A DNA stretch of 64,000 nt from Eledone cirrhosa (lineage: Eukaryota), in the NCBI GenBank assembly GCA_964016885.1, contig OZ024760.1, positions 27,466,001 to 27,530,000 on the forward strand. The letters run 5' to 3'. Both the position numbers and the translations under genes were made by a program. Positions 33,381 to 47,400 of this stretch are shown here, piece by piece; the first letter of the stretch is position 1; every line of letters starts with the position of its first letter. The notes under the pieces are model-generated. The model did no database searches and was not told where the DNA came from. It saw only the letters and a list, made by a program, of their open reading frames with translations.

Positions 33381-33720
33381 TCGAAATAGTCGGGCTGGAC
33401 AACCGATCAAGCGGTTAAACCACTGGAAGTGAACGACCCCTAGACTTTGTCAGGACATTCTTCTAGGAGAAGGCAACTCAAGAAGGCAACTCAAGAAACT
33501 GGGATAACTCCGGCTCAGTAGTTACCGATGATGCTGATCTTTTCTTCTTTTCGGGTTATAGCTACTGTCTCTCAGAGAGTGGGATTGGCTCAGTGCACAG
33601 TCTTTCCTCACTTTAAAAAATATCTTCATGCACAGGCATTGCACGATAGAATTAATTAATAATTATTAATAATTGTATATCGTGCAATGGCCATACTCGA
33701 TAACGAGGGGGCAGCCATCG
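33381..33720 (+). mobile_element. Short non-autonomous RTE-derived element
   Basis: CTAGGAGAAGGCAACTC, CTCAGAGAGTGGGATTGG and terminal hairpin GGCCATACTCGATAACGAGGGGGCAGCC, then (TATG)n; inverse copy at 40094-40435. Confidence 0.65.
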
Positions 33721-33734
33721 TGTATGTATGTATG

Positions 33735-34928
33735 TTCTTCTGGTTTTATAATTTCACAAAGTTTTACCAATAGAGAGAGAGTCGGTTTCTAACATAGACA
33801 CAAGACTCTCTCATTGGAATTTACACATCAACTAGGTAGATATGTATGTATGCATGCATGTGTAGATATGGATGTTATTGTATGTGTGAATGTGTATCTT
33901 TTGAGTTGTATGTGTGCATGTGTATATGCTTTGGATCTGTACATGTGTATATGCAGTTATTAGATGCAAATTTTTTGGAATGCTTTACATATTTTTACTG
34001 TTCCATTAATGGATTGTACTTGTAATTTCCTAACTAGTTGTGTTCTTTCTGTTCTTGTGAAGCCTAGCTTCTCAAGCTTTGTATTGAGACAGTTACTAAC
34101 ATACCCCAGTGCCCCAATAATCACAGGTATAAATCTGAAGGTGTAATCAGGGTGGAATATCTGCAGATTTCTCATCAGTTCTGCATAAATATTCTCCTTT
34201 TCACTAATCTTTAATATTATACTGCCATCTGCTGGGCAGGTTATTTCCACTACTGCGCATGTTTTCTTCTCCCTGTCCCATATCATAATATCTGGTCTGT
34301 TATGCCTGCATTTTATTGGGTTTTTACTGGAACATTCCACCAGTACTCTTTCATATTATGTACATGGATGTCTTCCACATTGTTGTAGCTTTTAATGTGT
34401 TTATTAATGTGGCTATCTTTTTTACGGTTTGCATTGTACCATGTTTTGGCCACTACATCATGCCTCATAGGTAGATAGTACCGTGATGACATCTTTGGAC
34501 AGCTGCTGATGACATTGGTGATATCCTTGATGTTAGTTCTGCAGAGTCTGCACTTGTTATCACATCTAGGTGTTTTGCCTGCATCCCTATCTCTTTTGTG
34601 AATCAGGTATTTCGTGTTAATCTCCTGTTCTTGGATTGCAAAAGCGTATCCTTCAAAGTGGGAACCAATATAGCGGTTGTTGGTCCAAGATAGACTACTT
34701 TCCTTATCTATATTACTCTCACTCTGGAGCTTCCTGGCAACATATCCATGCATGATTTTTTGCTGATAGGCATGCAGTTTTTCATCCATGGATTCACTGC
34801 GATATTGCTGAGCGACATCCCTGGGTGTGAGTTTTTGATTATCACGCAGGGAATATCTCTCGGGGAGTTCCTTCCCAACTCTCATGATTTTATCTGTTTC
34901 ATGCAGATAGACTTGCTCGAGAAGCGGG
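33735..34928 (-). mobile_element. R4/Dong-like RLE-encoding LINE, 5'-truncated and frameshifted
   Basis: AIQEQEINTKY, CRLC..HVISSC-type knuckle, RHDVVA, RPDI..VEITCPAD..EK..Y; bounded by (TATG)n. Confidence 0.85.
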
Positions 34929-35019
34929 TATGTATGTATGTATGTATGTATGTATGTATGTATGTATGTATGTATGTATGTATGTATGTATGTATGTGTG
35001 TGTGTATGTATGTATGTAT

Positions 35020-35275
35020 TCGTGTCAAGTCGCCCTCGAGTCCTATTGGTAACATGTAACGCAGTACAACCTGTCTCATGGTCGGGTCGTCCACATGGGA
35101 GTGAAAAGCCCCCATTTGTTGTCACAACACCTTTCTAAGAGTGGGAAACTGAAAATAACCCCGCGGCTTCAGAAGCATCCGATGATGCTGACCAGTTCTC
35201 TTTTTTGAGTAGTGTTTTCGATGCTCAGAGAGTGGGATTGGTCGAGTGCAAGGCCTTTCCCCACTTTAAAAAACC
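35020..35275 (+). mobile_element. Deleted copy of the RTE-derived non-autonomous element
   Basis: Matches 36890-36938 joined to 37093-37280. Confidence 0.65.
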
Positions 35276-35277
35276 TG

Positions 35278-36320
35278 GTGGTAGCAGCAGTGAATGGGTC
35301 AGTGAGGGAGTAGCAGTGGGAGGTGCAGAATGTAGGCAATCAGAAGTAGTGTGGTGGTAGCAGCAGTGAATGGGTCAGTGAGGGAGTAGCAGTGGGAGGT
35401 TTAGAATGTAGGCAACCAGAGGTAGTGTGGTGGTAGCAGCAGTGAATGGGTCAGTGAGAGAATAGCAGTGGGAGGTGGAGAATGTAGTCAACCAGAGGTA
35501 GTATGGTAGTAGCAGCAGTGAATGGGTCAGTGAGGGAGTAGCAGTGGGAGGTGGAGAATGTAGGCACCCAGAGGTAGTGTGGTGGTAGCAGCAGTGAATG
35601 GGTCAGTGAGGGAGTAGCAGTGGGAGGTGAAGAATGTAGGCAAGCAGAGGTAGTGCGGTGGTAGCAGCAGTGAATGGGTTAGTGAGAGAATAACAGTGGG
35701 AGGTGGAAAATGTAGGCAACTAGAGGTAGTGTGGTGGTAGCAGCAGGGAATGGGACAGTGAGGGAGTAGCAGTGAGAGGTGGAGAATGTAGGCAACCAGA
35801 GGTAGTGTGGTGGTAGCAGCAGTGAATGGGTCAGTGAGGGAGTAGCAGTGAGAGGTGGAGAATGTAGGCAACCAGAGGTAGTCTGGTGGTAGCAGCAATG
35901 AATGGGTCAGTGAGGGAATCGCAGTGGGAGGTGGAGAATGTAGCAACCAGTGGAAGTGTGGTGGTAGCAGCAGTGAATGGCTTGGTGAGGGAGTAGCAGT
36001 GGGAGGTGGAAAATGTAGGCAACCAGAGGTAGTGTGGTGGTAGCAGCAGTGAATGGGTCAGTGAGGGAGTAGCAGTGAGAGGTGGAAAATGTAGGCAACC
36101 AGAGGTAGTGCGGTGGTAGCAGCAGTGAATGGGTCAGTAAGGGAGTAGCAGTGGGAGGTGGAGAATGTAGGCAACCAGAGGTAGTGCGGTGGTAGCAGCA
36201 GTGAATGGGTCAGTAAGGGAGTAGCAGTGGGAGGTGGAGAATGTAGGCAACCAGAGGTAGTGTGGTGGTAGTAGCAGTGAATGGGTCAGTGAGGGAGTAG
36301 CAGTGGGAGGTGGAGAATGT
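35278..36320. repeat. 76-bp G-rich minisatellite (~13.5 copies; detached partial unit at 33311-33370)
   Basis: Unit GGTGGTAGCAGCAGTGAATGGGTCAGTGAGGGAGTAGCAGTGGGAGGTGGAGAATGTAGGCAACCAGAGGTAGTGT. Confidence 0.95.
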
Positions 36321-36554
36321 ACGTGTGTCTGTGTAACGTATGGGTGTGTGTAATATATGTGTGTGTGTATGTGTGTGCAATGTATGTGTGTAATGTGTGT
36401 GTAATATATTTTTGTGACTGTATATTTTTGTGTATGTATGTAATGTATGTATGAATATACGAGTATATGTGTATGCTTTTGAGTATGTGTGTGTATGTAA
36501 TGAATATGTATAATGTATGTGTACCTACGAGTACATGTGCACGCATGTCTCTCT

Positions 36555-36658
<104 letters not shown>

Positions 36659-36778
36659 GTGCGTGTGTGTGGTTGTACTGAATGACATCTGAGATTGGTG
36701 TCAAGTAAGTGGGTGGGTGTCAGGTGAGAGTGCGTAATACACACATACATACACACACAAGGTATATAACATACATAT

Positions 36779-36811
<33 letters not shown>

Positions 36812-36874
36812 ATGTATGTATGTATGTATGTATGTATGTATGTGTGTGTGTATGTATGTATGTATGTATGTATG

Positions 36875-37800
36875 GGCCATTCCTGAGTGCTACTGGTAAC
36901 ATGTAACCCAGTACAATCTGTCTCATGGTCGGGTCGTCGGCGACTAAACCGGCAACCCCACCAAACTTGCTTGGTGAGGAGGGTGATATTTGGACACCCT
37001 GCGGGGTGAAATACAAGACCCGGAAAAGGGCGGGGGAACTCAGCAGAGTCAACGGCCTTCCAAATTGTAGTTTTTTAATTTTTTGTTGTTGTCCACCTGG
37101 GAGTGAAAGGCCCCCCCAGTTGTTGTCACAACACCTTTCTAGGAGGGGGAAACTCTGAGAAAAACCTGTTGCTTCGGAAGCATCCGATGTTGCTGACCAG
37201 TTCTCTTTTTTGAGTAGTGTTTTCGATGCTCAGAGAGTGGGATTGGTCGAGTGCAAGGCCTTTCCCCAATTAAAAACCTTCAAAGCACAGGCATTGCTTA
37301 TTCAGGATCTGTTACAGGTTTGTGTGGCTGGCCGTAGCCTAAAAGTGCAACAAACTCTGTAATCTGACAAGCGATTATCAGATTTGCAGCCATCAAACAC
37401 AGTTTGCAGCCATCATGTAGGCAGAATTCTAGGAGAAGGAAAACTCTGATATAACACCTGCAACCCTGATGGTATCCAATGATGTTGACTTGTTCTTCTT
37501 TTTGGTAAATATCATCTTGGTTAAGAGAGTGGGACTGGCTTTGTGCAGTGCCTTTGCTCACTATAAAAGCTTCACGGCACAGGCATTGCTTTATATCTGG
37601 AGATCTCTCTGCACTTGTCGTCACATGGTACCATGGGCCCAGCACTGTGTGTCAATAATTGTCACAAGTGTAGTGTTTGTGCCAGAGTTTTCAAGTCGCT
37701 GGCTGGACTAAAAAGTCACACTCGTTCAGCGCATCGGTAGGGGTTCTCCTACATGGATATAAAGTAGTGGCCGTACTCGAAAACGAGTTGGCAGCCACCA
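36875..37800 (+). mobile_element. Longest copy of the non-autonomous RTE-derived element
   Basis: Structured 5' end, two diverged internal modules (GAGAGTGGGA...GCACAGGCATTGC at ~37233 and ~37525), RTE-type 3' hairpin, (TATG)n tail. Confidence 0.7.
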
Positions 37801-37890
37801 TGTATGTATGTATGTATGTATGTATGTATGTATGTATGTATGTATGTATGTATGTATGTATGTATGTATGTATGTATGTATGTATGTATG

Positions 37891-39575
37891 TTCTTCTGGG
37901 TTTATAATTTCACAAAGTTTTACCAATAGAGAGAGAGAGAGTCGGTTTCTAACATAGACACAAGACTCTCTCATTGGAATTTACACAACATCAACTAGGT
38001 AGATATGTATGTATGCATGTGTAGATATGGATGTTATTGTATGTGTGGATGTGTATGGTTTGAGTTGTATGTGTGCATGTGTATATGCTTGGCATCTGTA
38101 CATGTGTATATGCAGTTATTAGATGCAATATTTTTTGAATATTTTACATATTTTTACTGTTCCATTAATGGATTGTACTTGTAATTTCCTAACTAGTTGT
38201 GTTCTTTCTGTTCCTGTGAAGCCTAGCTTCTCAAGATTTGTATTGAGGCAGTTACTAACATATCCCAGTGCCCCAATAATCACAGGCATAAATCTGAAGG
38301 TGTAATCAAGGTGGAGTATCTGCAGATTTCTCATCAGTTCTGCATAAATATTCTCCTTTTCACTAATCTTTGATATTATACTGCCATCTGCTGGGCAGCT
38401 AATTTCCACTACTGTGCATATTTTCTTCTCCCTGTCCCATATCATAATATCTGGTCTGTTATGCCTGCATTTTATTGGGGTTTTTACTGGAACATTCCAC
38501 CAGTACACTTTCATATTATGTACATGGATGTCTTCCACATTGCTGTAGCTTTTAATGTGTTTATTATCGGGGCTATCTTTTTTACGAACTGCATTGTACA
38601 GTGTTGTGGCCACTACATCATGCCTCATAGGTAGATAGTACCGCGATGACATCTTTGGACAGCTGCTTATGACATGGGTGATATCCTCGATGTTAGTTCT
38701 GCAGAGTCTGCACTTGTTATCACATCTAGGTGTTTTGCCTGCATCCCTATCTCTTTTGTGAATCAGGTATTTCGTGTTAATTTCCTGTTCTTGGATTGCA
38801 AAAGCGTATCCTTCAAAGTGGGAGCCAATATAGCGGTTGTTGGTCCAAGATAGACTACTTTCCTTATCTATATTACTCTCACTCTGGAGCTTCCTGGCAA
38901 CATATCCCTGCATGACTTTTTGCTGATAAGCATGCAGTTTTTCATCCATGGATTCACTGCGATACTGCTGAGAGACTTCCCTGGTTGTGAGTTTTTGATT
39001 ATCATACGGAATATATCTCGAGGAGTTCCTTCCCAACTCTCATGATCTTATCTGTTTCATGCAGATAGATTTGCTCGAGAAACGGGCTCCTAATCTTCGA
39101 GGTTCGTAGATGTTGTCGGAGAGATATGATGCGACATTCAAATGCTGTCTGGACTGATGTTAGGCCTCTGCCTCCCTGCTTACGTTTCAAGTAAAGGCGG
39201 TCTATGTTACTGTTGATGTGGAAGTTTCCGGTGTTGTTTAGTATTTTTCGAGTTCCAACATCAATTGCTCGGATTTCATCTATCGTCCAATTGAATATTC
39301 CAAACGTTGGTGTTAGGACAGGCACAGCAAACACATTGTGAGCACTGTTTTGTTTTGTGCAGATGACCAAATCTTTCTTTAATCGGGTGTAGTATTCCCT
39401 GGTTACGCGTTCCTTATTACAGATACCATTATAGGATATGTTCTCATCTATCCCCAGGTATCTGAAGCAGTCCTCATCAGATATCGGTGAAACAGTTAGC
39501 CCATTGATGACAATGTTGCTAGATTGGGTTGTTGTTTTTCTCTGCTTTACAGTCATATATGAGCATTTATCTTGG
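37891..39575 (-). mobile_element. R4/Dong-like RLE-encoding LINE, 5'-truncated (ORF pieces 39002-39556 and 38119-39036)
   Basis: FRYLGI, RLYLKRKQGGRGL, CRLC...HVISSC, RHD, RPDI...VEISCPAD...KY-like RLE motif. Confidence 0.9.
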
Positions 39576-39624
39576 CGAATATGTATGTATGTATGTATGT
39601 GCCTCTGTATGTCAGTATGTATGT

Positions 39625-40065
39625 ATGAGAAATCTGCAGATACTCCACCCTGACTATACCTTCAGATTTATACCTGTGATTATTGGGGCAATGGGATATG
39701 TTAGTAACTGCCTCAATACAAATCTTGAGAAGCTAGGCTTCACAGGAACAGAAAGAACACAACTAGATAGGAAATTATAACTACAATCCATTAATGGAAC
39801 AGTAAAAATATGAAAAACATTCCAAAAATACTGCATCTAATACCTGCATATACACATGTACAGATCCAAAGCATATGCACATGCACACATACAACTCAAA
39901 ACATCCACATCCACACATACAATAACATCCATATCTACACATGCATGCATACATATCTACCTAGTTGATGTTGTGTAAATTCCAGTGAGTGAGTCTTGTG
40001 TCTATGTTAGAAACCGACTCTCTCTCTATTGGCAAACATTTGTGAAATTATAAAACTAGAAGAGC
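39625..40065 (+). mobile_element. Short inverted 3' fragment of the same R4/Dong-like LINE
   Basis: RNLQILHPDYTFRFIPVIIGAMG plus 3' UTR matching 37891-38330 in reverse; (CATA)n tail. Confidence 0.85.
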
Positions 40066-40093
40066 ATACATATAGATACATACATACATGTAT

Positions 40094-40435
40094 GATGGCT
40101 GCCCCCTCGTTATCGAGTATGGCCATTGCACAATATACAATTATTAATAATTATTAATTAATTCTATCGTGCAATGCCTGTGCATGAAGATATTTTTTAA
40201 AGTGAGGAAAGACTGTGCACTGAGCCAATCCCACTCTCTGAGCGACAGTAGCTATAACCCGAAAAGAAGAAAAGATCACCAACATCAGTAACTACTGAGC
40301 CGCCGGTTTTATATTGGAGTTATCCCAGTTTCCTGAGTTGCCTTCTCCTAGGAGAATGCCCTGACAAAGGCTAGGGGTCCTTCACTCCCAGTGGTTTAAC
40401 CACGCGATCGGGTGTCCAGTCCGACTATTTCTATG
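40094..40435 (-). mobile_element. Short non-autonomous RTE-derived element
   Basis: Reverse complement of 33381-33720. Confidence 0.65.
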
Positions 40436-41469
40436 TCCCCGTGCATATACATACACATGTATACATGTATATAAATATATACAGACACATGTACATGTGT
40501 ATATACATATTTACACGCTTTTGGATGGCCGTTGGCTCTTAAGACATACATACATACACACACATACACACACACATACGAACATACGTAACGTAAAGAC
40601 AGGAAAAATTATTATTGCTTCAGGGGAAGCAAGCACGTCTGACAAGAACTTTATTGTAGGGGAGATAACTCATATCAACTTTTTTTTTTTTCTTTCTCAA
40701 TATTACATAGTTACCACAATTCCAGTTTGTATTTATTTTCTTGATTTATTCTTAAATTAAGTCTGGCAAACCCTATTGTCTATAGTTAGTATTCTTTTTA
40801 CCTTAGTGAATCTGGTCCCTTGCGATTTGAACACATATATGTATATATCTGTGTTTATCTTTCTTTTATATTCAATTATAATATACGGCTCGGAAAAATC
40901 TCTTTCCAAGAGCTATTTTATTGTAAGAGACTATTTTGAGTTTCTATCTCAATATATACCTTTGATATTACATACTTTATAAACTTTTAAATCTATGCGT
41001 GAAAATGTATTTTTTAACTTAACCTTTTCGATACAATATTTCTAATGAAAGATACTATCTAAGGGTTTTAAATAAATTTGTAAATAGTCAAGAATTTGGA
41101 AGGATTTAGTAATATAAATAAGTTTCCCATTACAAGCCTTGGAATAAACGTGGGGTGGGAATCAGTGATCTTTCTAAGTTGTCTCCGTGGATTACCCCCC
41201 CCCCCCAACCCAGAAATAGTCGTTTAGTTTACATAGAGACCCCAGCCCATCTTATTTATTTTATAATATCTAGGATTTCTAGTAATGTACTTTTTCTGCC
41301 ATGTATTATGTTTTTTATTGTATGATGACAATTAATTGTCGCAGGAATGCTACCACTTAAAATAAAGTTTCGCCGGAGTAGATTAGCAAAATTTTGGTTT
41401 GGAATAAGAGCGGGTGAGTTGGAAATATTCAGAAAAGTAATCGTGGGAGGCAGGAGGAGGATTATTCGA

Positions 41470-44400
41470 GGCCCTAGGGTATGTCACATGTACTTATAAA
41501 GAGCCCCGAGGGTATGAAACATGTACTTATAAAGAGCCCCGAGGGTATGTCACATGTACTTATAAAGAGCCCCGGGGGTATGTCACATGTTCTTATAAAG
41601 AGCCCCGAGGGTATGTAACATGTACTTATAAAGAGCCCCGAGGGTGTAACATGTACTTATAAAGAGCCCCGAGGGTGTGTAACATGTACTTATAAAGAGC
41701 CCCGAGGGTGTAACATGTACTTATAAAGATCCCCGGGGGTATGTAACATGTACTTATAAAGAGCCCCGGGGGTATGTAACATGTACTTATAAAGAGTCCC
41801 GAGGGTATGTAACATGTACTTATAAAGAGCCCCGGGGGTATGTAACATGTACTTATAAAGAGCCCCGAGGGTGTAACATGTACTTATAAAGAGCCCCGAG
41901 GGTATGTCACATGTACTTATAAAGTGCCCCGGGGGTATGTAACATGTACTTATAAAGAGCCCCGGGGGTATGCAACATGTACTTATAAAGAGCCCCGGGG
42001 GTATGTAACATGTACTTATAAAGAGCCCCGGGGCATGCAACATGTACTTATAAAGAGCCCCGGGGGTATGCAACATGTACTTATAAAGAGCCCCGGGGGT
42101 ATGCAACATGTACTTATAAAGAGCCCCGGGGGTATGTAACATGTACTTATAAAGAGCCCCGGGGGTATGTAACATGTACTTATAAAGAGTCCCGAGGGTG
42201 TTTCACATGTACTTATAAAGAGCCCCGAGGGTATGTAACGTACTTATAAAGAGCCCCGAGGGTATGTAACGTATTTATAAAGAGCCCCGGGGTATGTAAC
42301 ATGTACTTATAAAGAGCCCCGGGGGTATGTAACATGTACTTATAAAGAGTCCCGAGGGTGTGTCACATGTACTTATAAAGAGCCCCGAGGGTATGTCACA
42401 TGTACTTATAAAGAGGCCCGAGGGTGTAACATGTACTTATAAAGAGCCCCGAGGGTATGTAACGTACTTATAAAGAGCCCCGAGGGTATGGAACATGTAC
42501 TTATAAAGAGACCCGGGGTATGTAACATGTACTTATAAAGAGCCCCGAGGGTATGTAACATGTACTTATAAAGAGCCCCGAGGGTGTAACATGTACTTAT
42601 AAAGAGCCCCGGGGGTATGTAACATGTACTTATAAAGAGGCCCGAGGGTATGTAACATGTACTTATAAAGAGCCCCGAGGGTGTAACATGTACTTATAAA
42701 GAGCCCCGAGGGTATGTAACATGTACTTATAAAGAGCCCCGAGGGTGTAACATGTACTTATAAAGAGCCCCGGGGGTATGTAACATGTACTTATAAAGAG
42801 CCCTGGGGTATGTAACATGTACTTATAAAGAGCCCCGAGGGTGTAACATGTACTTATAAAGAGCCCCGGGGGTATGTAACATGTACTTATAAAGAGCCCC
42901 GAGGGTATGTAACATGTACTTATAAAGAGCCCCGAGGGTGTAACATGTACTTATAAAGAGCCCCGGGGGTATGTAACATGTACTTATAAAGAGCCCTGGG
43001 GGTATGTAACATGTACTTATAAAGAGCCCCGAGGGTGTAACATGTACTTATAAAGAGCCCCGGGGGTATGTAACATGTACTTATAAAGAGCCCCGAGGGT
43101 ATGCAACATGTACTTATAAAGAGCCCCGGAGGTATGCAACATGTACTTATAAAGAGCCCCGGGGGTATGTAACATGTACTTATAAAGAGCCCCGGGGGTA
43201 TGTAACATGTACTTATAAAGAGTCCCGAGGGTGTTTCACATGTACTTATAAAGAGCCCCGAGGGTATGTAACGTACTTATAAAGAGCCCCGAGGGTATGT
43301 AACGTATTTATAAAGAGCCCCGGGGTATGTAACATGTACTTATAAAGAGCCCCGGGGTATGTAACATGTACTTATAAAGAGTCCCGAGGGTGTGTCACAT
43401 GTACTTATAAAGAGCCCCGAGGGTATGTCACATGTACTTATAAAGAGGCCCGAGGGTGTAACATGTACTTATAAAGAGCCCCGAGGGTATGTAACGTACT
43501 TATAAAGAGCCCCGAGGGTATGTAACATGTACTTATAAAGAGCCCCGGGGTATGTAACATGTACTTATAAAGAGCCCCGAGGGTATGTAACATGTACTTA
43601 TAAAGAGCCCTGGGGGTATGTAACATGTACTTATAAAGAGCCCCGAGGGTGTAACATGTACTTATAAAGAGCCCCGGGGGTATGTAACATGTACTTATAA
43701 AGAGCCCCGAGGGTATGTAACATGTACTTATAAAGAGCCCCGAGGGTGTAACATGTACTTATAAAGAGCCCCGGGGGTATGTAACATGTACTTATAAAGA
43801 GCCCCGAGGGAGTAACATGTACTTATAAAGAGCCCCGGGGGTATGTAACATGTACTTATAAAGAGCCCCGAGGGTATGTAACATGTACTTATAAAGAGCC
43901 CCGGGGGTATGTAACATGTACTTATAAAGAGCCCCGGGGGCATGCAACATGTACTTATAAAGAGCCCCGGGGGTATGCAACATGTACTTATAAAGAGCCC
44001 CGGGGGTATGCAACATGTACTTATAAAGAGCCCCGGGGGTATGTAACATGTACTTATAAAGAGCCCCGGGGGTATGTAACATGTACTTATAAAGAGTCCC
44101 GAGGGTGTTTCACATGTACTTATAAAGAGCCCCGAGGGTATGTAACGTACTTATAAAGAGCCCCGAGTGTATGTAACGTATTTATAAAGAGCCCCGGGGT
44201 ATGTAACATGTACTTATAAAGAGCCCCGGGGTATGTAACATGTACTAATAAAGAGTCCCGAGGGTGTGTCACATGTACTTATAAAGAGCCCCGAGGGTAT
44301 GTCACATGTACTTATAAAGAGGCCCGAGGGTGTAACATGTACTTATAAAGAGCCCCGAGGGTATGTAACGTACTTATAAAGAGCCCCGAGGGTATGTAAC

Positions 44401-47400
44401 ATGTACTTATAAAGAGCCCCGGGGTATGTAACATGTACTTATAAAGAGCCCCGAGGGTATGTAACATGTACTTATAAAGAGCCCCGAGGGTGTAACATGT
44501 ACTTATAAAGAGCCCCGGGGGTATGTAACATGTACTTATAAAGAGCCCCGAGGGTATGTAACATGTACTTATAAAGAGCCCCGGGGGTATGTAACATGTA
44601 CTTATAAAGAGCCCCGAGGGTATGTAACATGTACTTATAAAGAGCCCCGAGGGTGTAACATGTACTTATAAAGAGCCCCGGGGGTATGTAACATGTACTT
44701 ATAAAGAGCCCTGGGGGTATGTAACATGTACTTATAAAGAGCCCCGAGGGTGTAACATGTACTTATAAAGAGCCCCGGGGGTATGTAACATGTACTTATA
44801 AAGAGCCCCGAGGGTATGTAACATGTACTTATAAAGAGCCCCGGGGGTATGTAACATGTACTTATAAAGAGCCCCGAGGGTGTAACATGTACTTATAAAG
44901 AGCCCTGGGGGTATGTAACATGTACTTATAAAGAGCCCCGAGGGTATGTAACATGTACTTATAAAGAGCCCCGGGGTATGTAACATGTACTTATAAAGAG
45001 CCCCGGGGGTATGTAACATGTACTTATAAAGAGCCCCGGGGGTATGTAACATGTACTTATAAAGAGTTCCGAGGGTGTGTCACATGTACTTATAAAGCGC
45101 CCCGAGGGTATGTCACATGTACTTATAAAGAGCCCCGAGGGTATGTAACGTACTGATAAAGAGCCCCGAGGGTATGTAACGTACTTATAAAGAGCCCCGG
45201 GGGTATGTAACATGCACTTATAAAGAGTCCCGAGGGTGTGTCACGTGTACTTATAAAGAGCCCTGGGGGTATGTAACATGTACTTATAAAGAGCCCCGGG
45301 GGTATGTAACATGTACTTATAAAGAGGCCCGAGGGTGTAACATGTACTTATAAAGAGCCCCGGGGGTATGTAACATATACTTATAAAGAGCCCCGGGGGT
45401 ATGTAACATGTACTTATAAAGAGGTCCGGGGGTGTAACATGTACTTATAAAGAGCCCCGGGGGTATGTCACATGTACTTATAAAGAGGCCCGAGGGTGTA
45501 ACATGTACTTATAAAGAGCCCCGGGGGTGTAACATGTACTTATAAAGAGCCCCGGGGGTATGTAACATGTACTTATAAAGAGGTTCGGGGGTGTAACATG
45601 TACTTATAAAGAGCCCCGGGGGTATGTCACATGTACTTATAAAGAGGCCCGAGGGTGTAACATGTACTTATAAAGAGCCCCGGAGGTATGTAACATATAC
45701 TTATAAAGAGCACCGAGGGTGTAACATGTACTTATAAAGAGCCCCGGGGGTGTAACATGTACGTATAAAGAGCCCCGAGGGTGTAACATGTACTTATAAA
45801 GAGCCCCGGGGGTATGTAACATGTACTTATAAAGAGCCCCGAGGGTGTAATATGTACTTATAAAGAGCCCCGGGGGTATGTAACATGTACTTATAAAGAG
45901 CCCCGAGGGTGTAACATGTACTTATAAAGAGCCCCGGGGGTATGTAACATGTACTTATAAAGAGCCCCGGGGTGTAAGATGTACTTATAAAGAGGCCCGA
46001 GTGTGTAACATGTACTTATAAAGAGCCCCGGGGGTATGTAACATGTACTTATAAAGAGCCCCGAGGGTGTAACATGTACTTATAAAGAGCCCCGGGGGTA
46101 TGTAACATGTACTTATAAAGAGCCCCGGGGTGTAACATGTACTTATAAAGAGGCCCGAGGATGTAACATGTACGTATAAAGAGCCCCGGGATGTAACATG
46201 TACTTATAAAGAGGCCCGAGGGTGTAACATGTACTTATAAAGAGCCCCGGGGTGTAACATGTACTTATAAAGAGGCCCGAGGGTGTAACATGTACTTATA
46301 AAGAGCCCCGGGGGTATGTAACATGTACTTATAAAGAGCCCCGGGGGTATGTAACATGTACTTATTAAGAGCCCCGAGGGTGTAACATGTACTTATAAAG
46401 AGCCCCGGGGGTATGTAACATGTACTTATAAAGAGCCCCGAGGGAATGTAACATGTACTTATAAAGAGCCCCGGGGGTGTAACATGTACTTATAAAGAGC
46501 CCCGGGGGTGTAATATGTACTTATAAAGAGCCCCGGGGGTATGTAACATGTACTTATAAAGAGCCCCGAGGGTGTAACATGTACTTATAAAGAGCCCCGG
46601 GGGTATGTAACATGTACTTATAAAAGCCCCGGGGGTGTAACATGTACTTATAAAGAGCCCCGGGGGTGTAACATGTACTTATAAAGAGCCCCGGGGGTAT
46701 GTAACATGTACTTATAAAGAGCCCCGAGAGTGTAACATGTACTTATAAAGAGCCCCGGGGGTGTAACATGTACATATAAAGAGCCCCGGGGGTATGTATC
46801 ATGTACTTATAAAGAGCCCCGGGGGTATGTAACATGTACTTATAAAGAGCCCCGGGGGTATGTAACATGTACTTATAAAGAGCCCCGGGGGTATGTAACA
46901 TGTACTTATAAAGAGCCCCGGGGGTATGTAACATGTACTTATAAAGAGCCCCGAGGGTGTAACATGTACTTATAAAGAGCCCCGAGAGTGTAACATGTAC
47001 TTATAAAGAGCCCCGGGGGTATGTAACATGTACTTATAAAGAGCCCCGGGGGTATGTAACATGTACTTATAAAGAGCCCCGAGGGTATGTAACATGTACT
47101 TATAAAGAGCCCTGAGGGTGTAACATGTACTTATAAAGAGCCCCGGGGGTATGTAACATGTACTTATAAAGAGCCCCGGGGGTATGTAACATGTACTTAT
47201 AAAGAGCCCCGAGAGTGTAACATGTACTTATAAAGAGCCCCGGGGGTATGTAACATGTACTTATAAAGAGCCCCGGGGGTATGTAACATGTACTTATAAA
47301 GAGCCCCGGGGGTATGTAACATGTACTTATAAAGAGCCCCGGGGGTGTAACATGTACTTATAAAGAGCCCCGGGGGTATGTAACATGTACTTATAAAGAG

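Noticed and set aside
40497-41460. Unique-looking stretch as a possible host exon
   Set aside because: No recognisable protein motif or convincing splice pair; cannot be excluded without RNA-seq
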